DNA of 64,000 bases from Chrysomallon squamiferum (GCA_012295275.1 CM022674.1:7192001-7256000); one strand, 5' to 3'; positions 14,868-29,546 are shown, numbered from the stretch's first letter. Notes: a model not told the origin generated them from the letters alone. Made by a program: numbers and translations.

Positions 14868-15418
14868 TTACACAGAGAAAAACCTCTGGTACTGAATGCA
14901 TGTACAATTGTAAAAGAAACAAAATTCAATTAATTAAAAATTGCCAGAAAATTTAAAAACAAATAATTTTCAGAATATTGATAACAGAGAAAAAGAAATA
15001 ATAAATTCTGATATTAAAAAACTCGATTCTGTCAAATAACACAAGAAACTATTTTATTTACTGATTTTTTTTTTTATTATGACAACAGTAGCAAAGTAGA
15101 CAGTAAAGAATAAATAAATAATTAAACAAATAAAGAACCACTTTGAAACTTTAAAACGATCGAAGCCTCAGTGAGTACATCTCACCTAAGGGACCTAACA
15201 CTAATATATGTTCGTGAACACATATCACTAAAGGGAGATCAGTCTAATCGATCGAATTTTTTCTTTGCTTAGTGAGTACATCTCACGTAAGGGACATAAC
15301 TCTAATCGACCGGATTTTTACTTTGCTTACTGATTACATCTCAAGTAAGGGACCTAACTCTAATCGATATAATTTTTTCTTTGATTAGCATATATATATA
15401 TATACAGACAGACAGACA

Positions 15419-15459
<41 letters not shown>

Positions 15460-15882
15460 ACACAGAGAAAACATCTGGTACTCAATGGATGTACGATAGT
15501 AAAAGAAATAAAATTCAATTAATTAAAAATTGCCAGAAAATTTAAAAACAAATAAGTTTCAGAATATTCATAAATACAAAAACAAATAATAAATTCTGAT
15601 ATAAAAAACCGCTTTTATCAAGTGACACAATAAATTATTTTATTTACTGATTTTTTTTTAACAACAATAAGCAAACAACAATAAATAAATAAAAAGTAGA
15701 CAGGATAGAATAAATAAATAAGTAAACAAATAAAGAACAACTTTAAAACTTTAAAACGATCGAAGACTCAGTGAGTACATCTCACCTAAGGGACCTAACT
15801 CTAATCGATATGATTTTTTCTTTGCTTAGTATATATATATATACACAGACAGACAGCTTATATATATATACACACACAGACA

Positions 15883-15925
<43 letters not shown>

Positions 15926-16474
15926 TTACACAGAGAAAAACCTCTGGTACTGAATGCATGTACAATTGTAAAAGAAACAAAATTCAATTAATTAAAAATT
16001 GCCAGAAAATTTAAAAACAAATAATTTTCAGAATATTGATAACATAGAAAAAGAAATAATAAATTCTGATATTAAAAAACTCGATTCTGTCAAATAACAC
16101 AAGAAACTATTTTATTTACTGATTTTTTTTTTTTATTATGACAACAGTAAGCAAAGTAGACAGTAAAGAATAAATAAATAATTAAACAAATAAAGAACCA
16201 CTTTGAAACTTTAAAACGATCGAAGCCTCAGTGAGTACATCTCACCTAAGGGACCTAACACTAATATATGTTCGTGAACACATATCACTAAAGGGAGATC
16301 AGTCTAATCGATCGAATTTTTTCTTTGCTTAGTGAGTACATCTCACGTAAGGGACATAACTCTAATCGACCGGATTTTTACTTTGCTTACTGATTACATC
16401 TCAAGTAAGGGACCTAACTCTAATCGATATAATTTTTTCTTTGATTAGTATATATATATATACACAGACAGACA

Positions 16475-16521
<47 letters not shown>

Positions 16522-16901
16522 ACACAGAGAAAACATCTGGTACTCAATGGATACGATAGTAAAAGAAATAAAATTCAATTAATTAAAAATTGCCAGAAAA
16601 TTTAAAAACAAATAAGTTTCAGAATATTCATAAATACAAAAACAAATAATAAATTCTGATATAAAAAACCGCTTTTATCAAGTGACACAATAAATTATTT
16701 TATTTTTACTGATTTTTTTATTCTAACAACAATAAGCAAAGTAGACAGGATAGAATAAATAAATAAGTAAACAAATAAAGAACAACTTTAAAACTTTAAA
16801 ACGATCGAAGACTCAGTGAGTACATCTCACCTAAGGGACCTAACTCTAATCGATATGATTTTTTCTTTGCTTAGTATATATATATATACACAGACAGACA
16901 G

Positions 16902-16954
<53 letters not shown>

Positions 16955-17502
16955 TTACACAGAGAAAAACCTCTGGTACTGAATGCATGTACAATTGTAA
17001 AAGAAACAAAATTCAATTAATTAAAAATTGCCAGAAAATTTAAAAACAAATAATTTTCAGAATATTGATAACATAGAAAAAGAAATAATAAATTCTGATA
17101 TTAAAAAACTCGATTCTGTCAAATAACACAAGAAACTATTTTATTTACTTGTTTTTTTTTTATTATGACAACAGTAGCAAAGTAGACAGTAAAGAATAAA
17201 TAAATAATTAAACAAATAAAGAACCACTTTGAAACTTTAAAACGATCGAAGCCTCAGTGAGTACATCTCACCTAAGGGACCTAACACTAATATATGTTCG
17301 TGAACACATATCACTAAAGGGAGATCAGTCTAATCGATCGAATTTTTTCTTTGCTTAGTGAGTACATCTCACGTAAGGGACATAACTCTAATCGACCGGA
17401 TTTTTACTTTGCTTACTGATTACATCACAAGTAAGGGACCTAACTCTAATCGATATGCTTTTTTCTTTGCTTAGTATATATATATATATAGACAGACAGA
17501 CA

Positions 17503-17555
<53 letters not shown>

Positions 17556-17940
17556 ACACAGAGAAAACATCTGGTACTCAATGGATGTACGATAGTAAAA
17601 GAAATAAAATTCAATTAATTAAAAATTGCCAGAAAATTTAAAAACAAATAAGTTTCAGAATATTCATAAATACAAAAACAAATAATAAATTCTGATATAA
17701 AAAACCGCTTTTATCAAGTGACACAATAAATTATTTTATTTACTGATTTTTTTATTCTAACAACAATAAGCAAAGTAGACAGGATAGAATAAATAAATAA
17801 GTAAACAAATAAAGAACAACTTTAAAACTTTAAAACGATCGAAGACTCAGTGAGTACATCTCACCTAAGGGACCTAACTCTAATCGATATGATTTTTTCT
17901 TTGCTTAGTATATATATATATACATACACAGACAGACACA

Positions 17941-17979
<39 letters not shown>

Positions 17980-18528
17980 TTACACAGAGAAAAACCTCTG
18001 GTACTGAATGCATGTACAATTGTAAAAGAAACAAAATTCAATTAATTAAAAATTGCCAGAAAATTTAAAAACAAATAATTTTCAGAATATTGATAACATA
18101 GAAAAAGAAATAATAAATTCTGATATTAAAAAACTCGATTCTGTCAAATAACACAAGAACCTATTTTATTTACTGATTTTTTTTTTATTATGACAACAGT
18201 AAGCAAAGTAGACAGTAAAGAATAAATAAATAATTAAACAAATAAAGAACCACTTTGAAACTTTAAAACGATCGAAGCCTCAGTGAGTACATCTCACCTA
18301 AGGGACCTAACACTAATATATGTTCGTGAACACATATCACTAAAGGGAGATCAGTCTAATCGATCGAATTTTTTCTTTGCTTAGTGAGTACATCTCACGT
18401 AAGGGACATAACTCTAATCGACCGGATTTTTACTTTGCTTACTGATTACATCTCAAGTAAGGGACCTAACTCTAATCGATATAATTTTTTCTTTGATTAG
18501 CACATATATATATATACACAGACAGACA

Positions 18529-18581
<53 letters not shown>

Positions 18582-18960
18582 ACACAGAGAAAACATCTGG
18601 TACTCAATGGATGTACGATAGTAAAAGAAATAAAATTCAATTAATTAAAAATTGCCAGAAAATTTAAAAACAAATAAGTTTCAGAATATTCATAAATACA
18701 AAAACAAATAATAAATTCTGATATAAAAAACCGCTTTTATCAAGTGACACAATAAATTATTTTATTTACTGATTTTTTTATTCTAACAACAATAAGCAAA
18801 GTAGACAGGATAGAATAAATAAATAAGTAAACAAATAAAGAACAACTTTAAAACTTTAAAACGATCGAAGACTCAGTGAGTACATCTCACCTAAGGGACC
18901 TAACTCTAATCGATATGATTTTTTCTTTGCTTAGTATATATATATATACATATATACACA

Positions 18961-19001
<41 letters not shown>

Positions 19002-19541
19002 TTACACAGAGAAAAACCTCTGGTACTGAATGCATGTACAATTGTAAAAGAAACAAAATTCAATTAATTAAAAATTGCCAGAAAATTTAAAAACAAATAA
19101 TTTTCAGAATATTGATAACATAGAAAAAGAAATAATAAATTCTGATATTAAAAAACTCGATTCTGTCAAATAACACAAGAAACTATTTTATTTACTGATT
19201 TTTTTTTTATTATGACAACAGTAGCAAAGTAGACAGTAAAGAATAAATAAATAATTAAACAAATAAAGAACCACTTTGAAACTTTAAAACGATCGAAGCC
19301 TCAGTGAGTACATCTCACCTAAGGGACCTAACACTAATATATGTTCGTGAACACATATCACTAAAGGGAGATCAGTCTAATCGATCGAATTTTTTCTTTG
19401 CTTAGTGAGTACATCTCACGTAAGGGACATAACTCTAATCGACCGGATTTTTACTTTGCTTACTGATTACATCTCAAGTAAGGGACCTAACTCTAATCGA
19501 TATAATTTTTTCTTTGATTAGCATATATATATACACAGACA

Positions 19542-19588
<47 letters not shown>

Positions 19589-19981
19589 ACACAGAGAAAA
19601 CATCTGGTACTCAATGGATGTACGATAGTAAAAGAAATAAAATTCAATTAATTAAAAATTGCCAGAAAATTAATAAAAACAAATAAGTTTCAGAATATTC
19701 ATAAATACAAAAACAAATAATAAATTCTGATATAAAAAACCGCTTTTATCAAGTGACACAATAAATTATTTTATTTACTGATTTTTTTATTCTAACAACA
19801 ATAAGCAAAGTAGACAGTAGACAGGATAGAATAAATAAATAAGTAAACAAATAAAGAACAACTTTAAAACTTTAAAACGATCGAAGACTCAGTGAGTACA
19901 TCTCACCTAAGGGACCTAACTCTAATCGATATGATTTTTTCTTTTAAAGGGATAGTCTATATATATATATATATATACACA

Positions 19982-20030
<49 letters not shown>

Positions 20031-20577
20031 TTACACAGAGAAAAACCTCTGGTACTGAATGCATGTACAATTGTAAAAGAAACAAAATTCAATTAATTAA
20101 AAATTGCCAGAAAATTTAAAAACAAATAATTTTCAGAATATTGATAACATAGAAAAAGAAATAATAAATTCTGATATTAAAAAACTCGATTCTGTCAAAT
20201 AACACAAGAACCTATTTTATTTACTGATTTTTTTTTATTATGACAACAGTAGCAAAGTAGACAGTAAAGAATAAATAAATAATTAAACAAATAAAGAACC
20301 ACTTTGAAACTTTAAAACGATCGAAGCCTCAGTGAGTACATCTCACCTAAGGGACCTAACACTAATATATGTTCGTGAACACATATCACTAAAGGGAGAT
20401 CAGTCTAATCGATCGAATTTTTTCTTTGCTTAGTGAGTACATCTCACGTAAGGGACATAACTCTAATCGACCGGATTTTTACTTTGCTTACTGATTACAT
20501 CTCAAGTAAGGGACCTAACTCTAATCGATATAATTTTTTCTTTGATTAGCATATATATATATACACACAGACAGACA

Positions 20578-20622
<45 letters not shown>

Positions 20623-21007
20623 ACACAGAGAAAACATCTGGTACTCAATGGATGTACGATAGTAAAAGAAATAAAATTCAATTAATTAAAAATTGCCAGA
20701 AAATTTAAAAACAAATAAGTTTCAGAATATTCATAAATACAAAAACAAATAATAAATTCTGATATAAAAAACCGCTTTTATCAAGTGACACAATAAATTA
20801 TTTTATTTACTGATTTTTTTATTCTAACAACAATAAGCAAAGTAGACAGGATAGAATAAATAAATAAGTAAACAAATAAAGAACAACTTTAAAACTTTAA
20901 AACGATCGAAGACTCAGTGAGTACATCTCACCTAAGGGACCTAACTCTAATCGATATGATTTTTTCTTTGCTTAGTATATATATATATATATATATATAG
21001 ACAGACA

Positions 21008-21070
<63 letters not shown>

Positions 21071-21602
21071 AAAAACCTCTGGTACTGAATGCATGTACAA
21101 TTGTAAAAGAAACAAAATTCAATTAATTAAAAATTGCCAGAAAATTTAAAAACAAATAATTTTCAGAATATTGATAACATAGAAAAAGAAATAATAAATT
21201 CTGATATTAAAAAACTCGATTCTGTCAAATAACACAAGAAACTATTTTATTTACTGATTTTTTTTTTATTATGACAACAGTAGCAAAGTAGACAGTAAAG
21301 AATAAATAAATAATTAAACAAATAAAGAACCACTTTGAAACTTTAAAACGATCGAAGCCTCAGTGAGTACATCTCACCTAAGGGACCTAACACTAATATA
21401 TGTTCGTGAACACATATCACTAAAGGGAGATCAGTCTAATCGATCGAATTTTTTCTTTGCTTAGTGAGTACATCTCACGTAAGGGACATAACTCTAATCG
21501 ACCGGATTTTTACTTTGCTTACTGATTACATCTCAAGTAAGGGACCTAACTCTAATCGATATAATTTTTTTCTTTGATTATATATATATATATACACAGA
21601 CA

Positions 21603-21647
<45 letters not shown>

Positions 21648-22032
21648 ACACAGAGAAAACATCTGGTACTCAATGGATGTACGATAGTAAAAGAAATAAA
21701 ATTCAATTAATTAAAAATTGCCAGAAAATTTAAAAACAAATAAGTTTCAGAATATTCATAAATACAAAAACAAATAATAAATTCTGATATAAAAAACCGC
21801 TTTTATCAAGTGACACAATAAATTATTTTATTTACTGATTTTTTTATTCTAACAACAATAAGCAAAGTAGACAGGATAGAATAAATAAATAAGTAAACAA
21901 ATAAAGAACAACTTTAAAACTTTAAAACGATCGAAGACTCAGTGAGTACATCTCACCTAAGGGACCTAACTCTAATCGATATGATTTTTTCTTTGCTTAG
22001 TATATATATATATATATACAGACAGACAGACA

Positions 22033-22075
<43 letters not shown>

Positions 22076-22618
22076 TTACACAGAGAAAAACCTCTGGTAC
22101 TGAATGCATGTACAATTGTAAAAGAAACAAAATTCAATTAATTAAAAATTGCCAGAAAATTTAAAAACAAATAATTTTCAGAATATTGATAACATAGAAA
22201 AAGAAATAATAAATTCTGATATTAAAAAACTCGATTCTGTCAAATAACACAAGAAACTATTTTATTTACTGATTTTTTTTTTTATTATGACAACAGTAGC
22301 AAAGTAGACAGTAAAGAATAAATAAATAATTAAACAAATAAAGAACCACTTTGAAACTTTAAAACGATCGAAGCCTCAGTGAGTACATCTCACCTAAGGG
22401 ACCTAACACTAATATATGTTCGTGAACACATATCACTAAAGGGAGATCAGTCTAATCGATCGAATTTTTTCTTTGCTTAGTGAGTACATCTCACGTAAGG
22501 GACATAACTCTAATCGACCGAATTTTTACTTTGCTTACTGATTACATCACAAGTAAGGGACCTAACTCTAATCGATATAATTTTTTCTTTGATTAATATA
22601 TATATATATACACAGACA

Positions 22619-22669
<51 letters not shown>

Positions 22670-23056
22670 ACACAGAGAAAACATCTGGTACTCAATGGAT
22701 GTACGATAGTAAAAGAAATAAAATTCAATTAATTAAAAATTGCCAGAAAATTTAAAAACAAATAAGTTTCAGAATATTCATAAATACAAAAACAAATAAT
22801 AAATTCTGATATAAAAAACCGCTTTTATCAAGTGACACAATAAATTATTTTATTTACTGATTTTTTTATTCTAACAACAATAAGCAAAGTAGACAGGATA
22901 GAATAAATAAATAAGTAAACAAATAAAGAACAACTTTAAAACTTTAAAACGATCGAAGACTCAGTGAGTACATCTCACCTAAGGGACCTAACTCTAATCG
23001 ATATGATTTTTTCTTTGCTTAGTATATATATATATATATATACAGACAGACAGACA

Positions 23057-23105
<49 letters not shown>

Positions 23106-23653
23106 TTACACAGAGAAAAACCTCTGGTACTGAATGCATGTACAATTGTAAAAGAAACAAAATTCAATTAATTAAAAATTGCCAGAAAATTTAAAAACAA
23201 ATAATTTTCAGAATATTGATAACATAGAAAAAGAAATAATAAATTCTGATATTAAAAAACTCGATTCTGTCAAATAACACAAGAAACTATTTTATTTACT
23301 GATTTTTTTTTTATTATGACAACAGTAGCAAAGTAGACAGTAAAGAATAAATAAATAATTAAACAAATAAAGAACCACTTTGAAACTTTAAAACGATCGA
23401 AGCCTCAGTGAGTACATCTCACCTAAGGGACCTAACACTAATATATGTTCGTGAACACATATCACTAAAGGGAGATCAGTCTAATCGATCGAATTTTTTC
23501 TTTGCTTAGTGAGTACATCTCACGTAAGGGACATAACTCTAATCGACCGGATTTTTACTTTGCTTACTGATTACATCTCAAGTAAGGGACCTAACTCTAA
23601 TCGATATAATTTTTTCTTTGATTAGTATATATATATATACAGACAGACAGACA

Positions 23654-23694
<41 letters not shown>

Positions 23695-24074
23695 ACACAG
23701 AGAAAACATCTGGTACTCAATGGATGTACGATAGTAAAAGAAATAAAATTCAATTAATTAAAAATTGCCAGAAAATTTAAAAACAAATAAGTTTCAGAAT
23801 ATTCATAAATACAAAAACAAATAATAAATTCTGATATAAAAAACCGCTTTTATCAAGTGACACAATAAATTATTTTATTTACTGATTTTTTTATTCTAAC
23901 AACAATAAGCAAAGTAGACAGGATAGAATAAATAAATAAGTAAACAAATAAAGAACAACTTTAAAACTTTAAAACGATCGAAGACTCAGTGAGTACATCT
24001 CACCTAAGGGACCTAACTCTAATCGATATGATTTTTTCTTTGCTTAGTATATATATATATACACAGACAGACAG

Positions 24075-24126
<52 letters not shown>

Positions 24127-24672
24127 TTACACAGAGAAAAACCTCTGGTACTGAATGCATGTACAATTGTAAAAGAAACAAAATTCAATTAATTAAAAAT
24201 TGCCAGAAAATTTAAAAACAAATAATTTTCAGAATATTGATAACATAGAAAAAGAAATAATAAATTCTGATATTAAAAAACTCGATTCTGTCAAATAACA
24301 CAAGAAACTATTTTATTTACTGATTTTTTTTTTATTATGACAACAGTAGCAAAGTAGACAGTAAAGAATAAATAAATAATTAAACAAATAAAGAACCACT
24401 TTGAAACTTTAAAACGATCGAAGCCTCAGTGAGTACATCTCACCTAAGGGACCTAACACTAATATATGTTCGTGAACACATATCACTAAAGGGAGATCAG
24501 TCTAATCGATCGAATTTTTTCTTTGCTTAGTGAGTACATCTCACGTAAGGGACATAACTCTAATCGACCGGATTTTTACTTTGCTTACTGATTACATCTC
24601 AAGTAAGGGACCTAACTCTAATCGATATAATTTTTTCTTTGATTAGCATATATATATATACACAGACAGACA

Positions 24673-24719
<47 letters not shown>

Positions 24720-25115
24720 ACACAGAGAAAACATCTGGTACTCAATGGATGTACGATAGTAAAAGAAATAAAATTCAATTAATTAAAAATTGCCAGAAAA
24801 TTTAAAAACAAATAAGTTTCAGAATATTCATAAATACAAAAACAAATAATAAATTCTGATATAAAAAACCGCTTTTATCAAGTGACACAATAAATTATTT
24901 TATTTACTGATTTTTTTTTTATTCTAACAACAATAAGCAAAGTAGACAGGATAGAATAAATAAATAAGTAAGTAAACAAATAAAGAACAACTTTAAAACT
25001 TTAAAACGATCGAAGACTCAGTGAGTACATCTCACCTAAGGGACCTAACTCTAATCGATATGATTTTTTCTTTGCTTAGTATATATATATATATATATAT
25101 ATACACAGACAGACA

Positions 25116-25166
<51 letters not shown>

Positions 25167-25705
25167 AAAAACCTCTGGTACTGAATGCATGTACAATTGT
25201 AAAAGAAACAAAATTCAATTAATTAAAAATTGCCAGAAAATTTAAAAACAAATAATTTTCAGAATATTGATAACATAGAAAAAGAAATAATAAATTCTGA
25301 TATTAAAAAACTCGATTCTGTCAAATAACACAAGAAACTATTTTATTTACTGATTTTTTTTTTATTATGACAACAGTAAGCAAAGTAGACAGTAAAGAAT
25401 AAATAAATAATTAAACAAATAAAGAACCACTTTGAAACTTTAAAACGATCGAAGCCTCAGTGAGTACATCTCACCTAAGGGACCTAACACTAATATATGT
25501 TCGTGAACACATATCACTAAAGGGAGATCAGTCTAATCGATCGAATTTTTTCTTTGCTTAGTGAGTACATCTCACGTAAGGGACATAACTCTAATCGACC
25601 GGATTTTTACTTTGCTTACTGATTACATCTCAAGTAAGGGACCTAACTCTAATCGATATAATTTTTTCTTTGATTAGCATATATATATATACAGACAGAC
25701 AGACA

Positions 25706-25744
<39 letters not shown>

Positions 25745-26274
25745 ACACAGAGAAAACATCTGGTACTCAATGGATGTACGATAGTAAAAGAAATAAAATT
25801 CAATTAATTAAAAATTGCCAGAAAATTTAAAAACAAATAAGTTTCAGAATATTCATAAATACAAAAACAAATAATAAATTCTGATATAAAAAACCGCTTT
25901 TATCAAGTGACACAATAAATTATTTTATTTACTGATTTTTTTATTCTAACAACAATAAGCAAAGTAGACAGGATAGAATAAATAAATAAGTAAACAAATA
26001 AAGAACAACTTTAAAACTTTAAAACGATCGAAGCCTCAGTGAGAACATCTCACCTAAGGGACCTAACACTAATATATGTTCGTGAACACATATCACTAAA
26101 GGGAGATCAGTCTAATCGATCGAATTTTTTCTTTGCTTAGTGAGTACATCTCACGTAAGGGACATAACTCTAATCGACCGGATTTTTACTTTGGTTACTG
26201 ATTACATCTCAAGTAAGGGACCTAACTCTAATCGATATGCTTTTTTTTTTCCTTAGTATATATATATATACACA

Positions 26275-26321
<47 letters not shown>

Positions 26322-26744
26322 TTACACAGAGAAAAACCTCTGGTACTGAATGCATGTACAATTGTAAAAGAAACAAAATTCAATTAATTAAAAATTGCCA
26401 GAAAATTTAAAAACAAATAATTTTCAGAATATTGATAACATAGAAAAAGAAATAATAAATTCTGATATTAAAAAACTCGATTCTGTCAAATAACACAAGA
26501 AACTATTTTATTTACTGATTTTTTTTTTTTTTTTATTATGACAACAGTAGCAAAGTAGACAGTAAAGAATAAATAAATAATTAAACAAATAAAGAACCAC
26601 TTTGAAACTTTAAAACGATCGAAGCCTCAGTGAGTACATCTCACCTAAGGGACCTAACACTAATATATGTTCGTGAACACATATCACTAAAGGGAGATCA
26701 GTCTAATCGATCGAATTTTTTCTTTGCTTAGTGATTACATCTCA

Positions 26745-26746
<2 letters not shown>
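14110..26746 (+). repeat. Satellite array: about 12 copies of a dimeric unit of about 1.03 kb (A about 0.58 kb, B about 0.45 kb), each half with an (AT)n(ACAG)n(AC)n microsatellite
   Basis: CACTTTGAAACTTTAAAACGATCGAAGCCTCAG recurs at about 14129, 15139, 16199, 17225, 18251, 19272, 20300, 21331, 22347, 23377, 24397, 25428 and 26598. Copies are nearly identical apart from microsatellite length. Half A has four ACATCTCAC..AAGGGAC.TAACTCTAAT subrepeats and half B has one. Confidence 0.97.
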
Positions 26747-26800
<54 letters not shown>

Positions 26801-27178
26801 CTGTCTGTCTGTGTATATATATATACTAAGCAAAGAAAAAACCATATTGATTAGAGTTAGGTCCCTTAGGTGAGATGTACTCACTGAGTCTTCGATCGTT
26901 TTAAAGTTTTAAAGTTGTTCTTTATTTGTTTACTTATTTATTTATTCTATCCTGTCTACTTTGCTTATTGTTGTTAGAATAAAAAAATCAGTAAATAAAA
27001 TAATTTATTGTGTCACTTGATAAAAGCGGTTTTTTATATCAGAATTTATTATTTGTTTTTGTATTTATGAATATTCTGAAACTTATTTGTTTTTAAATTT
27101 TCTGGCAATTTTTAATTAATTGAATTTTATTTCTTTTACTATTGTATATCCATTGAGTTCCAGAGGTTTTCTCTGTGT

Positions 27179-27212
<34 letters not shown>

Positions 27213-27750
27213 TTCTGTCTGTCTGTCTGTCTGTGTATATATATATATGCTAATCAAAGAAAAAATTATATCGATTAGAGTTAGGTCCCTTACTTGAGAT
27301 GTAATCAGTAAGCAAAGTAAAAATCCGGTCGATTAGAGTTATGTCCCTTACGTGAGATGTACTCACTAAGCAAAGAAAAAATTCGATCGATTACACTCAT
27401 CTCCCTTTAGTGATATGTGTTCGGGAACAATTAGAGTTAGGTCCCTTAGGTGTGATGTATTCACTAAGCCTTCTGTCGTTTTAAAGTGTAAAAGTTGTTT
27501 ATTATTTTTTTACTTATTTATTTCTTCTATCCTTTCTACTTTGCTTATTGTTGTTATAATATAAAAAAAATCAGTAAATAAAATAATGTGTTGTGTCACT
27601 TGATAAAAGCTGTTTTTTGTATCAGAATTTATTATTTCTTTTTGTATTTATTAATATTCTGAAATTTATTTCTTTTTAAATTTTCTGGCAATTTTTTGAT
27701 TAATTGAATTTTGTTTCTTTTACAGTTGTATATGCATTCAGTACCACATG
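26747..27750 (-). repeat. Inverted copy (about 1 unit) of the satellite, more diverged distally
   Basis: Abrupt switch at ...CATCTCAAG|GTGTGTGT, followed by the reverse complement of the B and A halves (GATTAGAGTTAGGTCCCTTAGGTGAGATGTACTCACTGAG). Confidence 0.93.
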
Positions 27751-27756
27751 TTTTTC

Positions 27757-28052
27757 ACTCGCCTGGAGATGTTCACATATATATTTGAAGTTTCCGCCAT
27801 TGTGTGATAGATTTTCACCGATATATTTAGAATTACAGCCTTTGTGTGAGAGATGTTGACTTATATGTTTAGAGTTACAGCCCTTGTGTGAGAAATGTTT
27901 ACTGAGATATTTAGAATTACCGCCCTTGTGTGAAAGCTGTTCAACGATATATTTAGAGTTACCTCCCTTAAGTGAGATATGTTCACTGAGAGATGTTCGC
28001 GCTTGCTCATCAGCCAAAACTCGCTTCGAACGAGTTTAGAACGTATATAACC
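27757..28052 (-). mobile_element. Non-autonomous Helentron/HINE-like element copy with about 39-41 bp internal tandem repeats
   Basis: The minus strand starts TTATATACGTTCTAAACTCGTTCGAAGCGAGTTT (subterminal hairpin AAACTCG/CGAGTTT), then 5-6 repeats of CAGTGAACATCTCTCACACAAGGGCGGTAACTCTAAATATAT. The family assignment is inferred from architecture only. Confidence 0.55.
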
Positions 28053-28233
28053 AGTTATAAATAAATAAAATAATAATTTCAGCAGCAAATAAAGATAGAA
28101 AAATGTTAGTCAGAGCAATGTTTATGTAAAGAAAACCCTACGGATGAACCGACAGCAGTTCAAATTAAAAGGAATGGTTAAAATATTAATATACATATTG
28201 TATTTAACAACATTTTATTATTATTATTATTAT

Positions 28234-28278
<45 letters not shown>

Positions 28279-28478
28279 AAGTAGTAATATAATAATTTGT
28301 AATTTTAAAATTAATCTTTTAAGCTGAGGAATTTTATTGATGATTAATTTTTTATTGTTTTTGTTGTTGTTGTTGTCGTCGTTGTTGTTGCTCTTCTTAT
28401 TGATGCTGTTAATATTATCGTTTTTTATTTTCTTCTTATTATTATTATAATTGTTATTATTATTATTATTATTATTAT

Positions 28479-28510
<32 letters not shown>

Positions 28511-28632
28511 CAGTAGTAGTTATAGTAGCAGTAGTAGATAGATAGCAAGAGCAATAAAAAAAGTATTAATAACGTATCTAAAAATAAAAATAGGAGGGAA
28601 AATGTAAATTATATTATACAGTCCGGTTATTT

Positions 28633-29239
28633 GACTCGTTCTCAAACTTTCTGAAGTCGGGGCACACTTGAAGCCTTACAAAAAATTGCGGGCACACTAC
28701 ACACAAAATTCTAAGAAATAAAATACAAAATGTAAAAAACAACAAAAAAAAATAGAGAGATAACTGAAAGAAGGATATTGCGGCTGAATCGGTTGCGGAG
28801 CAGGCTGCTGAGGTTGTCTATCCTCATTGTCTACATCTATGTCAGATTCTTCGTCATTTCGCGTATAAACGGTCCTCGCCTGGAATCTCTACCGTTTATT
28901 TTTCTTCTGTGAGAGATGTTCACTGATATATTTAGAGTTACCGCCCTTGTGTGAGATGTTCACTGATATATTTAGAGATACCGCCCTTGTGTGAGAGATG
29001 TTCACTGATATATTTAGAGTTACCGCCCTTGAGTGAGATATGTTCTCTGAGGGACGTTGGCGCTTGTTCATCAGCCAAAACTCGTTTCGAACGAGTTTAC
29101 AACGTGTATAAAATCTTCTTCAGTGCGACGGGCTATTTCTTACTGGATATCTTTCCGCTCTTAACATAACACAAATATCTACGTAGATCCTAGAATTTCG
29201 TGGGTCACACCTAAGCATGTCTCCCTTTGATGACCATTG
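28633..29239. mobile_element. Possible decayed hAT-like MITE hosting the second HINE-like copy
   Basis: Left end ...GTTCTCAAACTTT followed by GGGCACAC motifs; right end CACACCTAAGCATGTCTC...TTTGATGACCATTG. These loosely resemble CAGTGGTTCTCAAAC-type TIRs and are heavily degenerate. Confidence 0.3.
28864..29112 (-). mobile_element. Second HINE-like element copy (about 250 bp) with hairpins at both ends
   Basis: Minus-strand start TTTTATACACGTTGTAAACTCGTTCGAAACGAGTTT, 3-4 internal repeats of about 40 bp, and a terminal 9-bp inverted repeat ATAAACGGT (28865-28873) / ACCGTTTAT (28891-28899). Confidence 0.6.
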
Positions 29240-29546
29240 TGTTATTTGCATGGCTTAGTTAATTTTGTAATAGTTTTATCCTCGTTATCATCATCAAAAT
29301 CACTAACACTAATAATAAATTAACCATCAATAAAATTCATCAGCTTAGCAGAGCTTGCGTATGGTAATTATAAAAGAACAAATTAATTTTTTTGAGGGAA
29401 ACTATTTTTACAGTTAATAAGTATTACTTTTATAATATTTCTAAAGCTGTGACTGGCATACATGGGTAGATGTATGACAATATCGGCTTTCTGCTAACTG
29501 GAAAGAATAGTATGTGAAGTAATGGCAATGAATTTTTTCTTTATTA

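Noticed and set aside
15771-25245. Recurrent ORFs MSTSHLRDLTLIDMIFSLL...THTH as a tandem gene family
   Set aside because: They start at GTG, run through microsatellites whose length changes shift the frame between copies, and match no recognisable domain. They are by-products of the satellite.
14160-26746. CRISPR-like repeat-spacer appearance of the subrepeats
   Set aside because: The intervening sequences are identical between units rather than unique spacers, there are no cas genes, and the context is eukaryotic.
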